Shown here: one piece after another, positions 18,381-27,600 of the stretch
Numbering within the stretch: the stretch's first letter is position 1
Layout of the letters: each line of letters starts with the position of its first letter
NCBI GenBank assembly: GCA_948938605.1
Contig: CARAIG010000047.1
Span: 982-64,981 of the forward strand
Reading direction: 5' to 3'
DNA length: 64,000 bases
Source: an uncultured Eubacteriales bacterium
GTDB lineage: Bacteria; Bacillota; Clostridia; Christensenellales; CAG-314
Program-made: the position numbers and the translations under genes
Notes under the pieces: model-generated
The model's database searches: none
Seen by the model: only the letters and a program-made list of their open reading frames with translations
Told to the model about the DNA's origin: nothing

Positions 18381-20312
18381 TTAAACTTCTATAAACAAAA
18401 ATCCGCTTGTGCCGAATACATACACGCCGTTATCTTTATAAAAGGCGCGGGTGTAATCCGTATGCGAGTCGAATTCGTCCAAATATACTTGTTGCAGTTC
18501 GCAATTTTGAGCGTCATACTTTAAAAGCAAATACTTGTTTTTAATCGCATTGGGGTTGCTTGTAATAAGATCGTCTTGCATATCGTAAATCTGCAAGCCT
18601 ATTAAGTTATTATCAGCATTGACGAAATGCGCTTTATATTCGTAAGAAAACCTGCAAATACGTTTGAATTTAGCAATGCTTACAATTCCGTTTTCGGCAG
18701 AATTATCGTCCGTTTCCTTGTACAGTTCAACTTTAAGTATTCCGTTATCCGCACCTTGCCCGATACCCAAAAGCAAACCGTTAAACTTAATTAGGTTTAC
18801 GGAAAAACCGTCAATTTCGCCAGTATCGACAAAGGAAATATTGTTTAAGTCGATTAAGTCGAAACAAAACACAGGATCGGTGTTTAACCGCGCCGTACAT
18901 ACATACGCTTTGTTTCCGTCAAAGCGGGCGGACTTAACTTCGTCGCCCGACGGAGCAAACCGTTCCTTGCTTGCTACGGTTTGCATATTTTCGAGATTGA
19001 CGCAATACAAACTTACGTTAATTACCGACGGTGACGTTGCGGTATACTTCGAATGTCGGACAGTGACGAAAACACGCAACACACCGTCCTTTTCGTCCAT
19101 ACTGTACCTGTCCTTGACAAAACCGTCCAAGCCCGTTTCGCCCTTAAACTCAAAGCCGTCCTTGTACTTTAACGCGACAATTTCGCATACGTAAGCGTTA
19201 AAATCCGCATTTGACGACGATTCCGTTTCGTGTCCGTATTCGAATTGATTTTTATAACAGTAGTAATTGTTGCGCATTACTACGATGTAGTCCTGCGAGA
19301 CGTAAACGTCTTGCGTGTACGAAAACACTGCGTGACTGTCGACGACGGACAATGACGTTTCGTCAAGTAACGCAAGCACCGTATAATTTGTTTGTTGACA
19401 GTTGTCGGGAATGTGAATATTTTCGATAGGGATAAATGCGCCGTTTAAATCGCTTCCGCATTGGGGAATGTACGTTTGTTTTTCGTCATAATCGATAGCG
19501 TTGTAGCCGTAATAACCGTAATGTCCCGCATTAAAGTTTGTAATAACAAGCAAGCTGCCGTCCGTCTTGCGACTAGACAAATACTCGCCCGAAACATACA
19601 CGCGGTTAACTTCCGTAACGTTGCTTACGTCGGTTACGTCCAATGAGATAACCGTTGTATATACTATGTTTTGTTCGCTTATACAAGTGGCTATTACCGT
19701 TATACGGCTTGCGTCGTCGCTTAAAAACATTTCGCCGTCGATATATGCGCTGTATTTGCAAAAACTTGTTCCGTCCTTAGGACGGATAAAATACTCGGTC
19801 ACTTTTTCCGTATCTGCCCCGTCAAGACGGTAAATTTGCAAAAGCAAGCAAGGGTCTTCATTTTTAGAATAACCGTTTTTTAAATAAAACGCATGGGTTG
19901 AACTACGTTTAAGCAAATCGCTCTCTACTATGCCGTCCACTTGGTTTAAAGTAGTTTCCTCGTATTTGTTGCCCGACGACGAAGAATTATCACCTTCACT
20001 TACATCGGGAGAGGAAGGTTCAAAAACATTACCGTCGTCTTTACTGCCGAAACCTTGACTTAATTTATCGAAAATACTGTATTTATTATCACCGATTTGC
20101 GAGTTTATTTTTTTGATAAGCGGGTAGTATTCGTCATTTTTGTAAGCGTTTATGTTAGGAACGCCTGTACCTAAAATAGGCAATGAACACACTACTGTTA
20201 AAACCAACAATGCGCAAGCTACCGAACTTGCCGTCCATATTACCAGCCTACGGTCACGCTTTGCCTTTACTTTGTTTTTGATTGATTGCGTTCGTTCGTT
20301 ATAAGTCTTCAT
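18381..20312 (-). CDS. Membrane-anchored secreted beta-propeller domain protein (COG4880/PF09826-like), overlapping the sigma factor gene
   Basis: A short basic N-terminus, one transmembrane helix, then ETTLNQVDGIVESDLLK, which resembles the family's NxQVxGVDEADIVKTDG block. Its start overlaps the sigma gene by 14 nt. Confidence 0.65.
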   Translation of the reverse strand: MKTYNERTQSIKNKVKAKRDRRLVIWTASSVACALLVLTVVCSLPILGTGVPNINAYKNDEYYPLIKKINSQIGDNKYSIFDKLSQGFGSKDDGNVFEPSSPDVSEGDNSSSSGNKYEETTLNQVDGIVESDLLKRSSTHAFYLKNGYSKNEDPCLLLQIYRLDGADTEKVTEYFIRPKDGTSFCKYSAYIDGEMFLSDDASRITVIATCISEQNIVYTTVISLDVTDVSNVTEVNRVYVSGEYLSSRKTDGSLLVITNFNAGHYGYYGYNAIDYDEKQTYIPQCGSDLNGAFIPIENIHIPDNCQQTNYTVLALLDETSLSVVDSHAVFSYTQDVYVSQDYIVVMRNNYYCYKNQFEYGHETESSSNADFNAYVCEIVALKYKDGFEFKGETGLDGFVKDRYSMDEKDGVLRVFVTVRHSKYTATSPSVINVSLYCVNLENMQTVASKERFAPSGDEVKSARFDGNKAYVCTARLNTDPVFCFDLIDLNNISFVDTGEIDGFSVNLIKFNGLLLGIGQGADNGILKVELYKETDDNSAENGIVSIAKFKRICRFSYEYKAHFVNADNNLIGLQIYDMQDDLITSNPNAIKNKYLLLKYDAQNCELQQVYLDEFDSHTDYTRAFYKDNGVYVFGTSGFLFIEV

Positions 20313-20847
20313 AATTTATACCTTTGTCAATAAGCAATTTTTTGAGAGTCTGCTTTGCGCGCGCTAGCAAATTGTATGTTTGCTTTGCCGTTTTACCCAT
20401 AATTCGGGAAGCTTCGTCAACCGAAAAACTCTCAATATACACCAACGTTAAAACATACCTGTATTGCGGAGCAAGGCTTTGCATACACTTGTACAAAAAC
20501 GCCAGCCGTTCGTTCATTTCCACTGCGCCGTCGACGTCGTTTGTACTAAGCACGTTTTGCAAGTCGTCCAACGGCACAAAGCGTTTGTGAAAACGCAAAT
20601 AGTCGATGCATTTGTTGCGTACCGTTTTGTACAAGTACGTTTTGAACGAAGCACGTGAAAAAAACCGCTTACGCTTAACAATAAGCGTAGCATACGCGTC
20701 GGCTACGACGTCTTCCGCGACTGCCGCACTTTTGACAAAACAATACGCAAAACGGACAAGACCGTCGTAGTAAAGTTTTACAAGTTGTTCTAATGCGGAT
20801 TCGTCGCCGTTTAAATATGCGGTATACAATATTGCGCCGTTATCCAT
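20299..20847 (-). CDS. RNA polymerase sigma-70 family factor, ECF-like (regions 2 and 4 only)
   Basis: 182 aa. Region 2 is LVRFAYCFV...DVVADAY and region 4 is SFSVDEASRIMGKTAKQTYNLLARAKQTLKKLL. Confidence 0.85.
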   Translation of the reverse strand: MDNGAILYTAYLNGDESALEQLVKLYYDGLVRFAYCFVKSAAVAEDVVADAYATLIVKRKRFFSRASFKTYLYKTVRNKCIDYLRFHKRFVPLDDLQNVLSTNDVDGAVEMNERLAFLYKCMQSLAPQYRYVLTLVYIESFSVDEASRIMGKTAKQTYNLLARAKQTLKKLLIDKGINYEDL

Positions 20848-20905
20848 TTTGTTTTTTGAGGTCCTCTGCTTATTAAACGAATATGAATGTGCTTTTACTC
20901 ACTAG

Positions 20906-20934
20906 ATTATACTATTTTTTAAAATTGTTTTCAA
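20906..20934 (-). promoter_or_regulatory. Sigma-70-type promoter for the ECF sigma operon
   Basis: The minus strand reads TTGAAA, 17-nt spacer, TATAAT. The CACTGT element starts 1 nt upstream of the -35. Confidence 0.5.
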
Positions 20935-20935
20935 G

Positions 20936-21015
20936 GTTAGCAACGTGAGAATATAACACTGTGAAGTTTAGGCAGTGTTATGTGTGGTTATTCGGCGCAA
21001 CTACGCACTCACAGT
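20936..21015. repeat. 80-nt CACTGT element, full copy 1
   Basis: GTTAGCAACGTGAGAATATAACACTGTGAAGTTTAGGCAGTGTTATGTGTGGTTATTCGGCGCAACTACGCACTCACAGT. It aligns end to end with 42851-42930. Confidence 0.8.
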
Positions 21016-21029
21016 TTGTAAATTTCAAT

Positions 21030-21069
21030 AAGAAAATACCGTTACAAGTTTGTTGGCTTGTAACGGTAT
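21030..21069 (-). terminator. Intrinsic terminator of the acyl-CoA ligase gene
   Basis: 13-bp stem ATACCGTTACAAG/CTTGTAACGGTAT followed by TTTCTTATT on the minus strand. Confidence 0.7.
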
Positions 21070-21076
21070 ATTACGT

Positions 21077-22654
21077 TTATAAATTATTTTTTTCTTCAAG
21101 CGACTTAAAGTCGATTTTGGCAAGTTTGGTACGGGGTAAAGCGTCTAACACTTCAACAAAGGTCGGCACCGAATAACGTATTAAATGCGCTTTGCAATAG
21201 GATATAATCTGCGTTTCGACATCCGAACCGCTCATAGGCTGTTTTAACGACACGTACGCTTTAAGATACTGCTTGCCGTTTACCTTTGTACCTACCACGC
21301 AAACTTCTCGCACAAAAGGCAGTTGGGATATACAGTTTTCCACTTCGGACGGAAATACGTTTACTGCCGCTATTTTTACCATACGTTTTTTACGGTCGAC
21401 GACATATACGAAGCCGTTTTCGTCAACGTAACCCATATCGCCCGTTTTTATCCAGTGTCCGTCCTTGACGAACGAACCGTCGTCGTCCAAGTAACCCGAC
21501 ATAAGTCCGTTTGCAGTTAAAGCAATTTCACCGATTTCGCCCGTAGGCAAAACATTGCCTTGTTCGTCCCAAATTTCCACTTGACATCCGTCTATCGGAC
21601 GACCGCAACTTTCCTTTGCGTAATGGTCGTAGTTGTTAACCGCGCACACGCCGCACGTCTCGGTTAACCCGTAGCCCCGCATAATTTGCGCAGGACGTTT
21701 GGAATACTTTGCCAAAATGCCGTCCACTTGCTCGACAAGCTGCTCTGTCAAAACATCGCCGCCGCACCAAATAACGTCTAATTTGCCCATACGTTTGTGG
21801 TCGAAAGCGTTTGCGCGGAGCATTTTTTGTATCATTGCAGGCACTACCGCCCAAGCGGTTATGTTGTACTTGTTAAAGTAACGTTTTACAACCTTTATGT
21901 CATACTGCGGAATTAAAGCAAGATTGAACCCCGCAACAAACCCCGTATGCACCGAATTGCACAAGCCGTACGCGTGAAATACCGGCAAAGTGGTAAGATA
22001 GTAATTTGTCCCGTCGTTTGCGGGGTTGTACATATCCACTATCGTAGTTGCCGTACTGTTAAATGCAAAGTTGGATATTTTAACGATTTTGGGCTGTCCG
22101 CTTGTACCGCCGCTGTGCATATAGCACACGACGTCCTGTCCGTTTCCTGCAATGTCGGTTGGGGTTTTATCCTTGATTAAAGCCGCATACGTTTTAACGT
22201 CTTTAACACGCTTGCCTATTGCCTTGGCGTACAAGCCGTAAACGGGCTTGCGTAAGGTTACGTAGTCGGTAATGCTGCAACGCAAAAGCTGCACGTTGAG
22301 TTTTAAGAGAGGTCGTTCGTCCTTAACTAAAACATCGTAAAACAGCAACGCTTTGGATTTTGTAATTGTTATATTGTCGGCAAGCTCATCGACGGGCGTT
22401 AACGGGTGAACGAAACTTGCAATCAACCCTAACTTCGAACAAGCGTAAAAAGCCACTACGCTTTGCGGACACGTAGGCAAATATACCGTAATGACGTCAC
22501 CTTTAACAAAACCCAAATTCGTTAAACCGCGTGCAAAAGCGTCCACATCGCGCAAAAAACGCGACATAGGTATGGCGTGGTCGTAGTAAACTATTTTGCC
22601 GTCCTTTTTGCAACGGTTTAGCATAACTTCGTAACAAGTGTTCAATTTTGCCAT
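21077..22654 (-). CDS. AMP-dependent synthetase/ligase (long-chain fatty acid-CoA ligase-like)
   Basis: YMHSGGTSGQPKIV is the AMP-binding motif. GYGLTE, WIKTGDMGYVDENGFVYVVDRKK and a C-terminal PRTKLAKIDFK are also present. Confidence 0.85.
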   Translation of the reverse strand: MAKLNTCYEVMLNRCKKDGKIVYYDHAIPMSRFLRDVDAFARGLTNLGFVKGDVITVYLPTCPQSVVAFYACSKLGLIASFVHPLTPVDELADNITITKSKALLFYDVLVKDERPLLKLNVQLLRCSITDYVTLRKPVYGLYAKAIGKRVKDVKTYAALIKDKTPTDIAGNGQDVVCYMHSGGTSGQPKIVKISNFAFNSTATTIVDMYNPANDGTNYYLTTLPVFHAYGLCNSVHTGFVAGFNLALIPQYDIKVVKRYFNKYNITAWAVVPAMIQKMLRANAFDHKRMGKLDVIWCGGDVLTEQLVEQVDGILAKYSKRPAQIMRGYGLTETCGVCAVNNYDHYAKESCGRPIDGCQVEIWDEQGNVLPTGEIGEIALTANGLMSGYLDDDGSFVKDGHWIKTGDMGYVDENGFVYVVDRKKRMVKIAAVNVFPSEVENCISQLPFVREVCVVGTKVNGKQYLKAYVSLKQPMSGSDVETQIISYCKAHLIRYSVPTFVEVLDALPRTKLAKIDFKSLEEKNNL

Positions 22655-22704
22655 CCTTCTTTTGCAAGTATTGCTATAAGTATAACAAATTAAACAAAAA
22701 ATTG

Positions 22705-22738
22705 CAACTTAAAAGCCTTGACTGTACAAGTCAAGGCT
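22705..22738 (-). terminator. First intrinsic terminator downstream of the phosphoribosyltransferase (PRTase) gene, beyond repeat island B
   Basis: Stem AGCCTTGACT/AGTCAAGGCT followed by TTTTAAGTT on the minus strand. Confidence 0.6.
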
Positions 22739-22754
22739 TACGATTATGTTGGTT

Positions 22755-23175
22755 CTTAGATCCGTCGCAACATTCGCCGTCCTTTGGCGAAACATATCGA
22801 AACACAGTATGTACGATTTATCCTGTTGGTTCTTAGATCCTTCGACTACGCTCAGGATGACATAATGGATATTATTTTTCGCTCAGGATGACATATATTT
22901 TTAATGCGCAATGCGTAATGCATAATTGCGGTGACGTTTAGTTTGATTCCGGATTGCTTCGTCGCTACCGCTCCTCGCAATGACGAAAGAATACATATGT
23001 TAAATGCATTCGCAACTACGTTGCTCGGCTAAAGACGATTGGCATCCCGTTCTAAGCCCGTAGAAAGGGGTGGATGCTAGGCATACAAGTACGTGTGAGA
23101 GGAGCGTATACAGACATACGTGACTCGAACACGCACGGAGTATAACGACGCAGACGCCCCTTTATACGGGCTTAG
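22755..23175. repeat. Palindromic repeat island B, colinear with island A
   Basis: Modules, in order: CTTAGATCCGTCGCAACATTCGCCGTCCTTTGGCGAAAC (22755-22793). AGATCCTTCGACTACGCTCAGGATGAC (22835-22861). GCTCAGGATGACATATATTT (22881-22900). GGATTGCTTCGTCGCTACCGCTCCTCGCAATGACG (22951-22985). Hairpin element (23052-23175). Confidence 0.85.
23052..23175. repeat. Intact ~124-nt long-hairpin element, copy B; its closing stem contains the stop codon of the PRTase gene
   Basis: CTAAGCCCGTA...TACGGGCTTAG closing stem, extended by AAAGGGGTG/CGCCCCTTT. Apical stem GCGTAT-ACAGAC-ATACGT. The TAA stop (23172-23174) lies inside CTTAG. Confidence 0.8.
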
Positions 23176-23708
23176 AGAAGTGGGATTACGCCGAGATAGC
23201 AAATATCCTTCCGCTCGGCAGCCTTACCTTCGGCAAGCACAAAGCCTTTTTTGTGGATAATGCCCCCTGCCAAATTGACAAGTTCTTCAAGTCCTACAAG
23301 GCTGTTGCCTGTGGACACAACGTCGTCGATAATACCGACTTTTTTGCCTTTAAGCAGTTCGGCGTCGTGACGGGAAATATACAGTTTTTGTTCCGCGCCG
23401 GTTGTTATGCTGGACTTGATTGCTACTTCCAAGCCGTCCTGCATATACAACTTTTTAGATTTGCGCGCAACGGCATAAAACTTGTGCCCCAGTTCGCGCG
23501 CGATAACGTGCGTTAATTGAAGTCCTTTGCTTTCCGCAGTTAAAAGCACGTCGCAATCCGAAACAAGCTTAGCAAGTTCGCGACCGCAGTGTTCGGTCAT
23601 TTCAACATTGCCGTGAAGATTGAAAAACGCAATGTTTACTCCGCTAGGTAACGGAAGTATTGGCAAGTCGGCTTTGTAGCCGTTAAGGTCGACGGTAAAG
23701 TACTTCAT
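23172..23708 (-). CDS. Type I phosphoribosyltransferase family protein (adenine PRTase-like)
   Basis: The PRPP-binding loop is VGIIDDVVSTGNSL. 178 aa, and the overall layout resembles the Apt-like proteins of Firmicutes. Confidence 0.75.
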   Translation of the reverse strand: MKYFTVDLNGYKADLPILPLPSGVNIAFFNLHGNVEMTEHCGRELAKLVSDCDVLLTAESKGLQLTHVIARELGHKFYAVARKSKKLYMQDGLEVAIKSSITTGAEQKLYISRHDAELLKGKKVGIIDDVVSTGNSLVGLEELVNLAGGIIHKKGFVLAEGKAAERKDICYLGVIPLL

Positions 23709-23788
23709 TGTTGCTTTGCTCCTTAAAGTTAAAAATGCTTGTAAAACAGTTTTGCGTGAGTTTTATTTCCCACGCAAATTACGGTTTT

Positions 23789-23817
23789 ATTGTAACACTT
23801 ACAGTATAATATGTCAA
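23789..23817 (-). promoter_or_regulatory. Sigma-70-type promoter for the PRTase gene
   Basis: The minus strand reads TTGACA, 17-nt spacer, TACAAT, about 80 nt upstream of the ATG. Confidence 0.5.
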
Positions 23818-23996
23818 CATCATTTTTATTCAACGCTTGCATATTTATTTTCATATTTTAAAAGTCATTAAAAAATTGCGACTACAAATTTATGAAATTA
23901 GTTTTGTAAGTTCAAAATAAAAGAATACGATTTTTATTTTGTACGGCAATACGGGTTTTGCTTGTAAAAGACAGTTGTATGTGGTACAATAATTTT

Positions 23997-24593
23997 ATGA
24001 ACGGATACGATTTTGACGAAACAATATTAAAGGGTAACAGCGTAAGACGGTTTTTTTGTTACTGTTGGGCAAGACTGCCATACCTGTTTATTTATTTGCC
24101 GGTACTGCTTTGTGCGGTAATTTTTAAACGGTGCGTAAGTTCCGACACATACTACAATATGTTGACATACTTTGTTAAACTGGTGCCTAACAAACAAAAA
24201 TTTGTGGTCAGGTACTGGGACAAACACATCAATAAAATAAAGCAATGGTACTTTAAGCAGCAAAAGGAAGACGACATTATAATTTCCGCTTCGCCCGACT
24301 ACCTTGTTAACGAAGCGTGCAAACGCATAAACGCACGGTGCATTGCAACGCCTGTTGACATTAAAACATCCAAAGTATTGGGCGGAAAACACTGCTACGG
24401 CAAAAACAAACCCGACTTTTACCGCGAAGTGTTCGGCAACACGCCGCTGGAAACATTTTACAGCGATTCGATGAGCGACGAGCCGATGTTTAAACTGGCA
24501 AAACGCGGATACCTTGTACAAGGGGATAAAATCACGTTAATTTACGAAAACGGCGAAATGCTCCCCAAGGAAAAGCAAATACAAGTGCAATAA
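23997..24593 (+). CDS. HAD-IB family hydrolase (phosphoserine-phosphatase-like)
   Basis: MNGYDFDETILKGNS carries the DxDxT nucleophile motif at the N-terminus, and there is a C-terminal YSDSMSDEPM (DD-type motif IV). The start is set at ATG 23997; the track ORF starts at TTG 23958. Confidence 0.65.
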   Translation: MNGYDFDETILKGNSVRRFFCYCWARLPYLFIYLPVLLCAVIFKRCVSSDTYYNMLTYFVKLVPNKQKFVVRYWDKHINKIKQWYFKQQKEDDIIISASPDYLVNEACKRINARCIATPVDIKTSKVLGGKHCYGKNKPDFYREVFGNTPLETFYSDSMSDEPMFKLAKRGYLVQGDKITLIYENGEMLPKEKQIQVQ

Positions 24594-24623
24594 AAAACTC
24601 TCTTGGTTCAAGAGAGTTTTTTT
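24592..24623. terminator. Bidirectional terminator between the HAD and M60 peptidase genes
   Basis: AAAAAA-CTCTCTTG-gtt-CAAGAGAG-TTTTTTT. Confidence 0.75.
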
Positions 24624-24681
24624 GTTGCAGTGCGCAAGTATCTGCGCTTATGCTAAATTACATTTATTGTTTAACAAGCGT

Positions 24682-27600
24682 TTAGGGATATACTACGAAC
24701 GAGTCGAAGTTGGCTTCGCCTTTACATTTGATTGTAACAGTATGCTTGCCTTCCTCCAAAACTTCGCTCAAAAACGACATTCCCGTTTCGTCTTTTTGTT
24801 CGTTAAGCGGTTTAAGCTGCGGAACAGACGTCATTTTGTGTCCGTCGATGAACACTTCGTAATTAGTGCCGAACTTATTGGAGGACAGTACGCCGAGACG
24901 CGTTCCTTCGAATTCGAAACTGATGTTGGCGTTGCGCGAACCGACCATTACGTATCCGTAGTTAGCTAATGTTTGTTCGGTATTCCATTTACCCTTAAAC
25001 GTTACACTGTTATCAACGGGGGAAAGCATTTTAGCCCCGTTTGCTTCAAACACGTGCCACATTTCAATTTCGGCGATAATCAACAAATTACTTGTCGAAC
25101 CGGTAAATGTAATGCGGTAATAACGCAATGTCGTTTCGTCAAAATCTACCGTTGTAGTATGAACGCCGTTAGCATGTACAAGAGGAACATCGGCAAAGTC
25201 ACCTATTGTCGTATAAGTTTCGCCGTCAATGCTGCCTTCCAATTTAAAGGTCTTGGCAGCATGATAGTCGCCGTTAGGACGGTACGAAGTATAAATTATC
25301 ATACGGTTAACGGACTTCGCTTCACCCATATCGATTACAAATTGTATCGGACGGGAATCGTTTGTACCCCAACCGTCCTTGGTATGAATAATGGTGTTTT
25401 TATTGCCGTCCGTCAAATTTTCGACTTTAAAACTGTTCCAATCGCCCGCCCAACATTTACCTTTGTCATAGTTTGTCGAAACCAATGTTTGTTCGGTGTT
25501 TTGCAACTCGTTATCTTTATAGTCGTATTTATATTCACGCGTATAGAAGTAATCGGCAACGAATTCGCTCTTTACTTCTTCGTAAGAATTACGGTACGCA
25601 TTTACATACGGCTGACTGTTTTTGGTAACAGTCGGTTCGATTAGTTGCGCATTGTTTGCTTCTTCTTCGGTTACTTCCACGCCTCGATAGTCGTAATACT
25701 TAATTACGGTTTTACCGTTAGCGTCGGTTTCTTCTCTCATTGTGAACATCGGCTTTGTCCATTGCTTCATACCCAAACCGATATAACTTGTTCCGCTTGT
25801 GGAAGCGTTTTGAGTAAGCAAAACTTCCTTAAAGTACAACCACGATTTTTCGCCTAAATCAACGTCGAAATAGGTGTTTTCGTCATTGGGGCGGAAATAA
25901 GCGCTGTCATTGGGAACTTTTTCGTCGGTAATTTTTGCGCCAAGTTGATAGGTTTTACCGCCGTCCGTCGAATAGAACACTGCGCAATTCAACCTTCCGC
26001 GCAAGTATACTCGGTATTTACCTTCTTCTTCGGCATACAGTTTGCCTTCGATTACCGATATAGTATTGTTTTTTGCTATTTGGAAATCCAGTGCATCGGG
26101 GAATCGGTTATGTCCTGCTTCGTTATCGGTTACAAACCAAATATCGGTATTGCAGTTTTGCGTAGGATTGCTGTGATTGATTTTTTCCTCGGTTTTAAAG
26201 CCTTTCACATCAGTCCATTTTTTATCCTCGGCACTTATTAAGTTATTGAAAGCGTCCATTGCCTTACCTTCGTCATAGGTGTAAATGGTACGTTCCAAAA
26301 CCGTCTTGTTTTTGTCGTGAGTTTGTTCGAATTCCAAAATCAAGTCGATATCTTCCACTTCGAAAGCATTGTCCGTCTTGGTAACTCCCAAAGTAACCTT
26401 GATTTTCCCCGAACGCATATTTTTATCGGGTGTGAATTTATATGTTCCGTCGCCGTTGTCGGTAATTTTACCGTGATCGGGCTGCGAAACGTTTTTAACC
26501 GTATATTCGAAACCGTCAGGCAAAACTATGCTGCCCTTAGCGTACTGACCGCCGGGACTGTCGTATTTGCGCAAGTCGATTGTAAAGTCTTCACCGTAAG
26601 GAATAACATACGGTTGCATTGTTTCGATATAGTCGGTGTTGTTGCCGACTTTAATTCCGCGTCCCGTTTGGTAAACACAGGATACGGGAACGAACATCGG
26701 ATACTCGCTGTTACCCAAACTCGGATTAACATTACCGCCCAGCATTTCGTTAAAGAAATACGTCATATTGTAATGCGTCACATCTTGCCAAGCTTGCATA
26801 TAGCCTGCGTAGTTTTCGCCGTAAGCACTTGTCCTTTGTTGTTTTACTTTTGCTTGAATATAGTTGTCGGGACCGAAATTATGCAGCAATGTTGCATACA
26901 AAGCAAGACCTTGATTACCGTTATCGGGGCTGACACCTTCACGTGCGATGCGCATAGTCTGTTCCAAAGCCCAAGTAGCACTGGTATATTGATTCCAACC
27001 GCTCAAATTTGCAGCGCCGTAGTTTGACATACCGCGTGCGGACGATACCTTTGTAAACAAAGCGTACGAAACCAACGACATACCGTTGTTAGTTACTTCA
27101 CCGCCGTTACCGACGCCGTAGCCTTGGAAGTTGTGGTGATATTCGTGGAAGTTACCCCACGAGCCTTGCGCAACTATCGAATTGTAGCTAAGCGAACTGC
27201 GCATCCAGCCGGTAGGACAGTTAACCGACCCCTGACCGGGGAAAGCAACCGCAGCACCCGCCGCCACAAACGGATCGTACAAAAATACAATACCTTGAAG
27301 CGAATTCGTGGTGGTAACAAGGGAAACCTTTTCCCACAAAACCGCCGCTTTGTACAAGTCATCATAACTCAATCCGCTAGCCTGGGATTTGGGACCGGAG
27401 TGCAATACCCCGTAAGACCAAACTTCCAAATCGAAATACGGTGCGGACGATTTAGAGATACGTGCGAAGTCCTCGGGAGTTGTATAACCTAAAATAAAGT
27501 GAGGATAGTTTACTCCGCCCGAAACTGTAACGCTAAACGTTACGCTTTCGTTACGGATGTATAACGGACCGCCAACAAAACTGCCGACATATGCGGTGTA

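Noticed and set aside
24973-27027. 223-aa and 236-aa plus-strand ORFs (24973-25644 and 26317-27027).
   Set aside because: They are antisense shadows within the 1389-aa M60-like gene.
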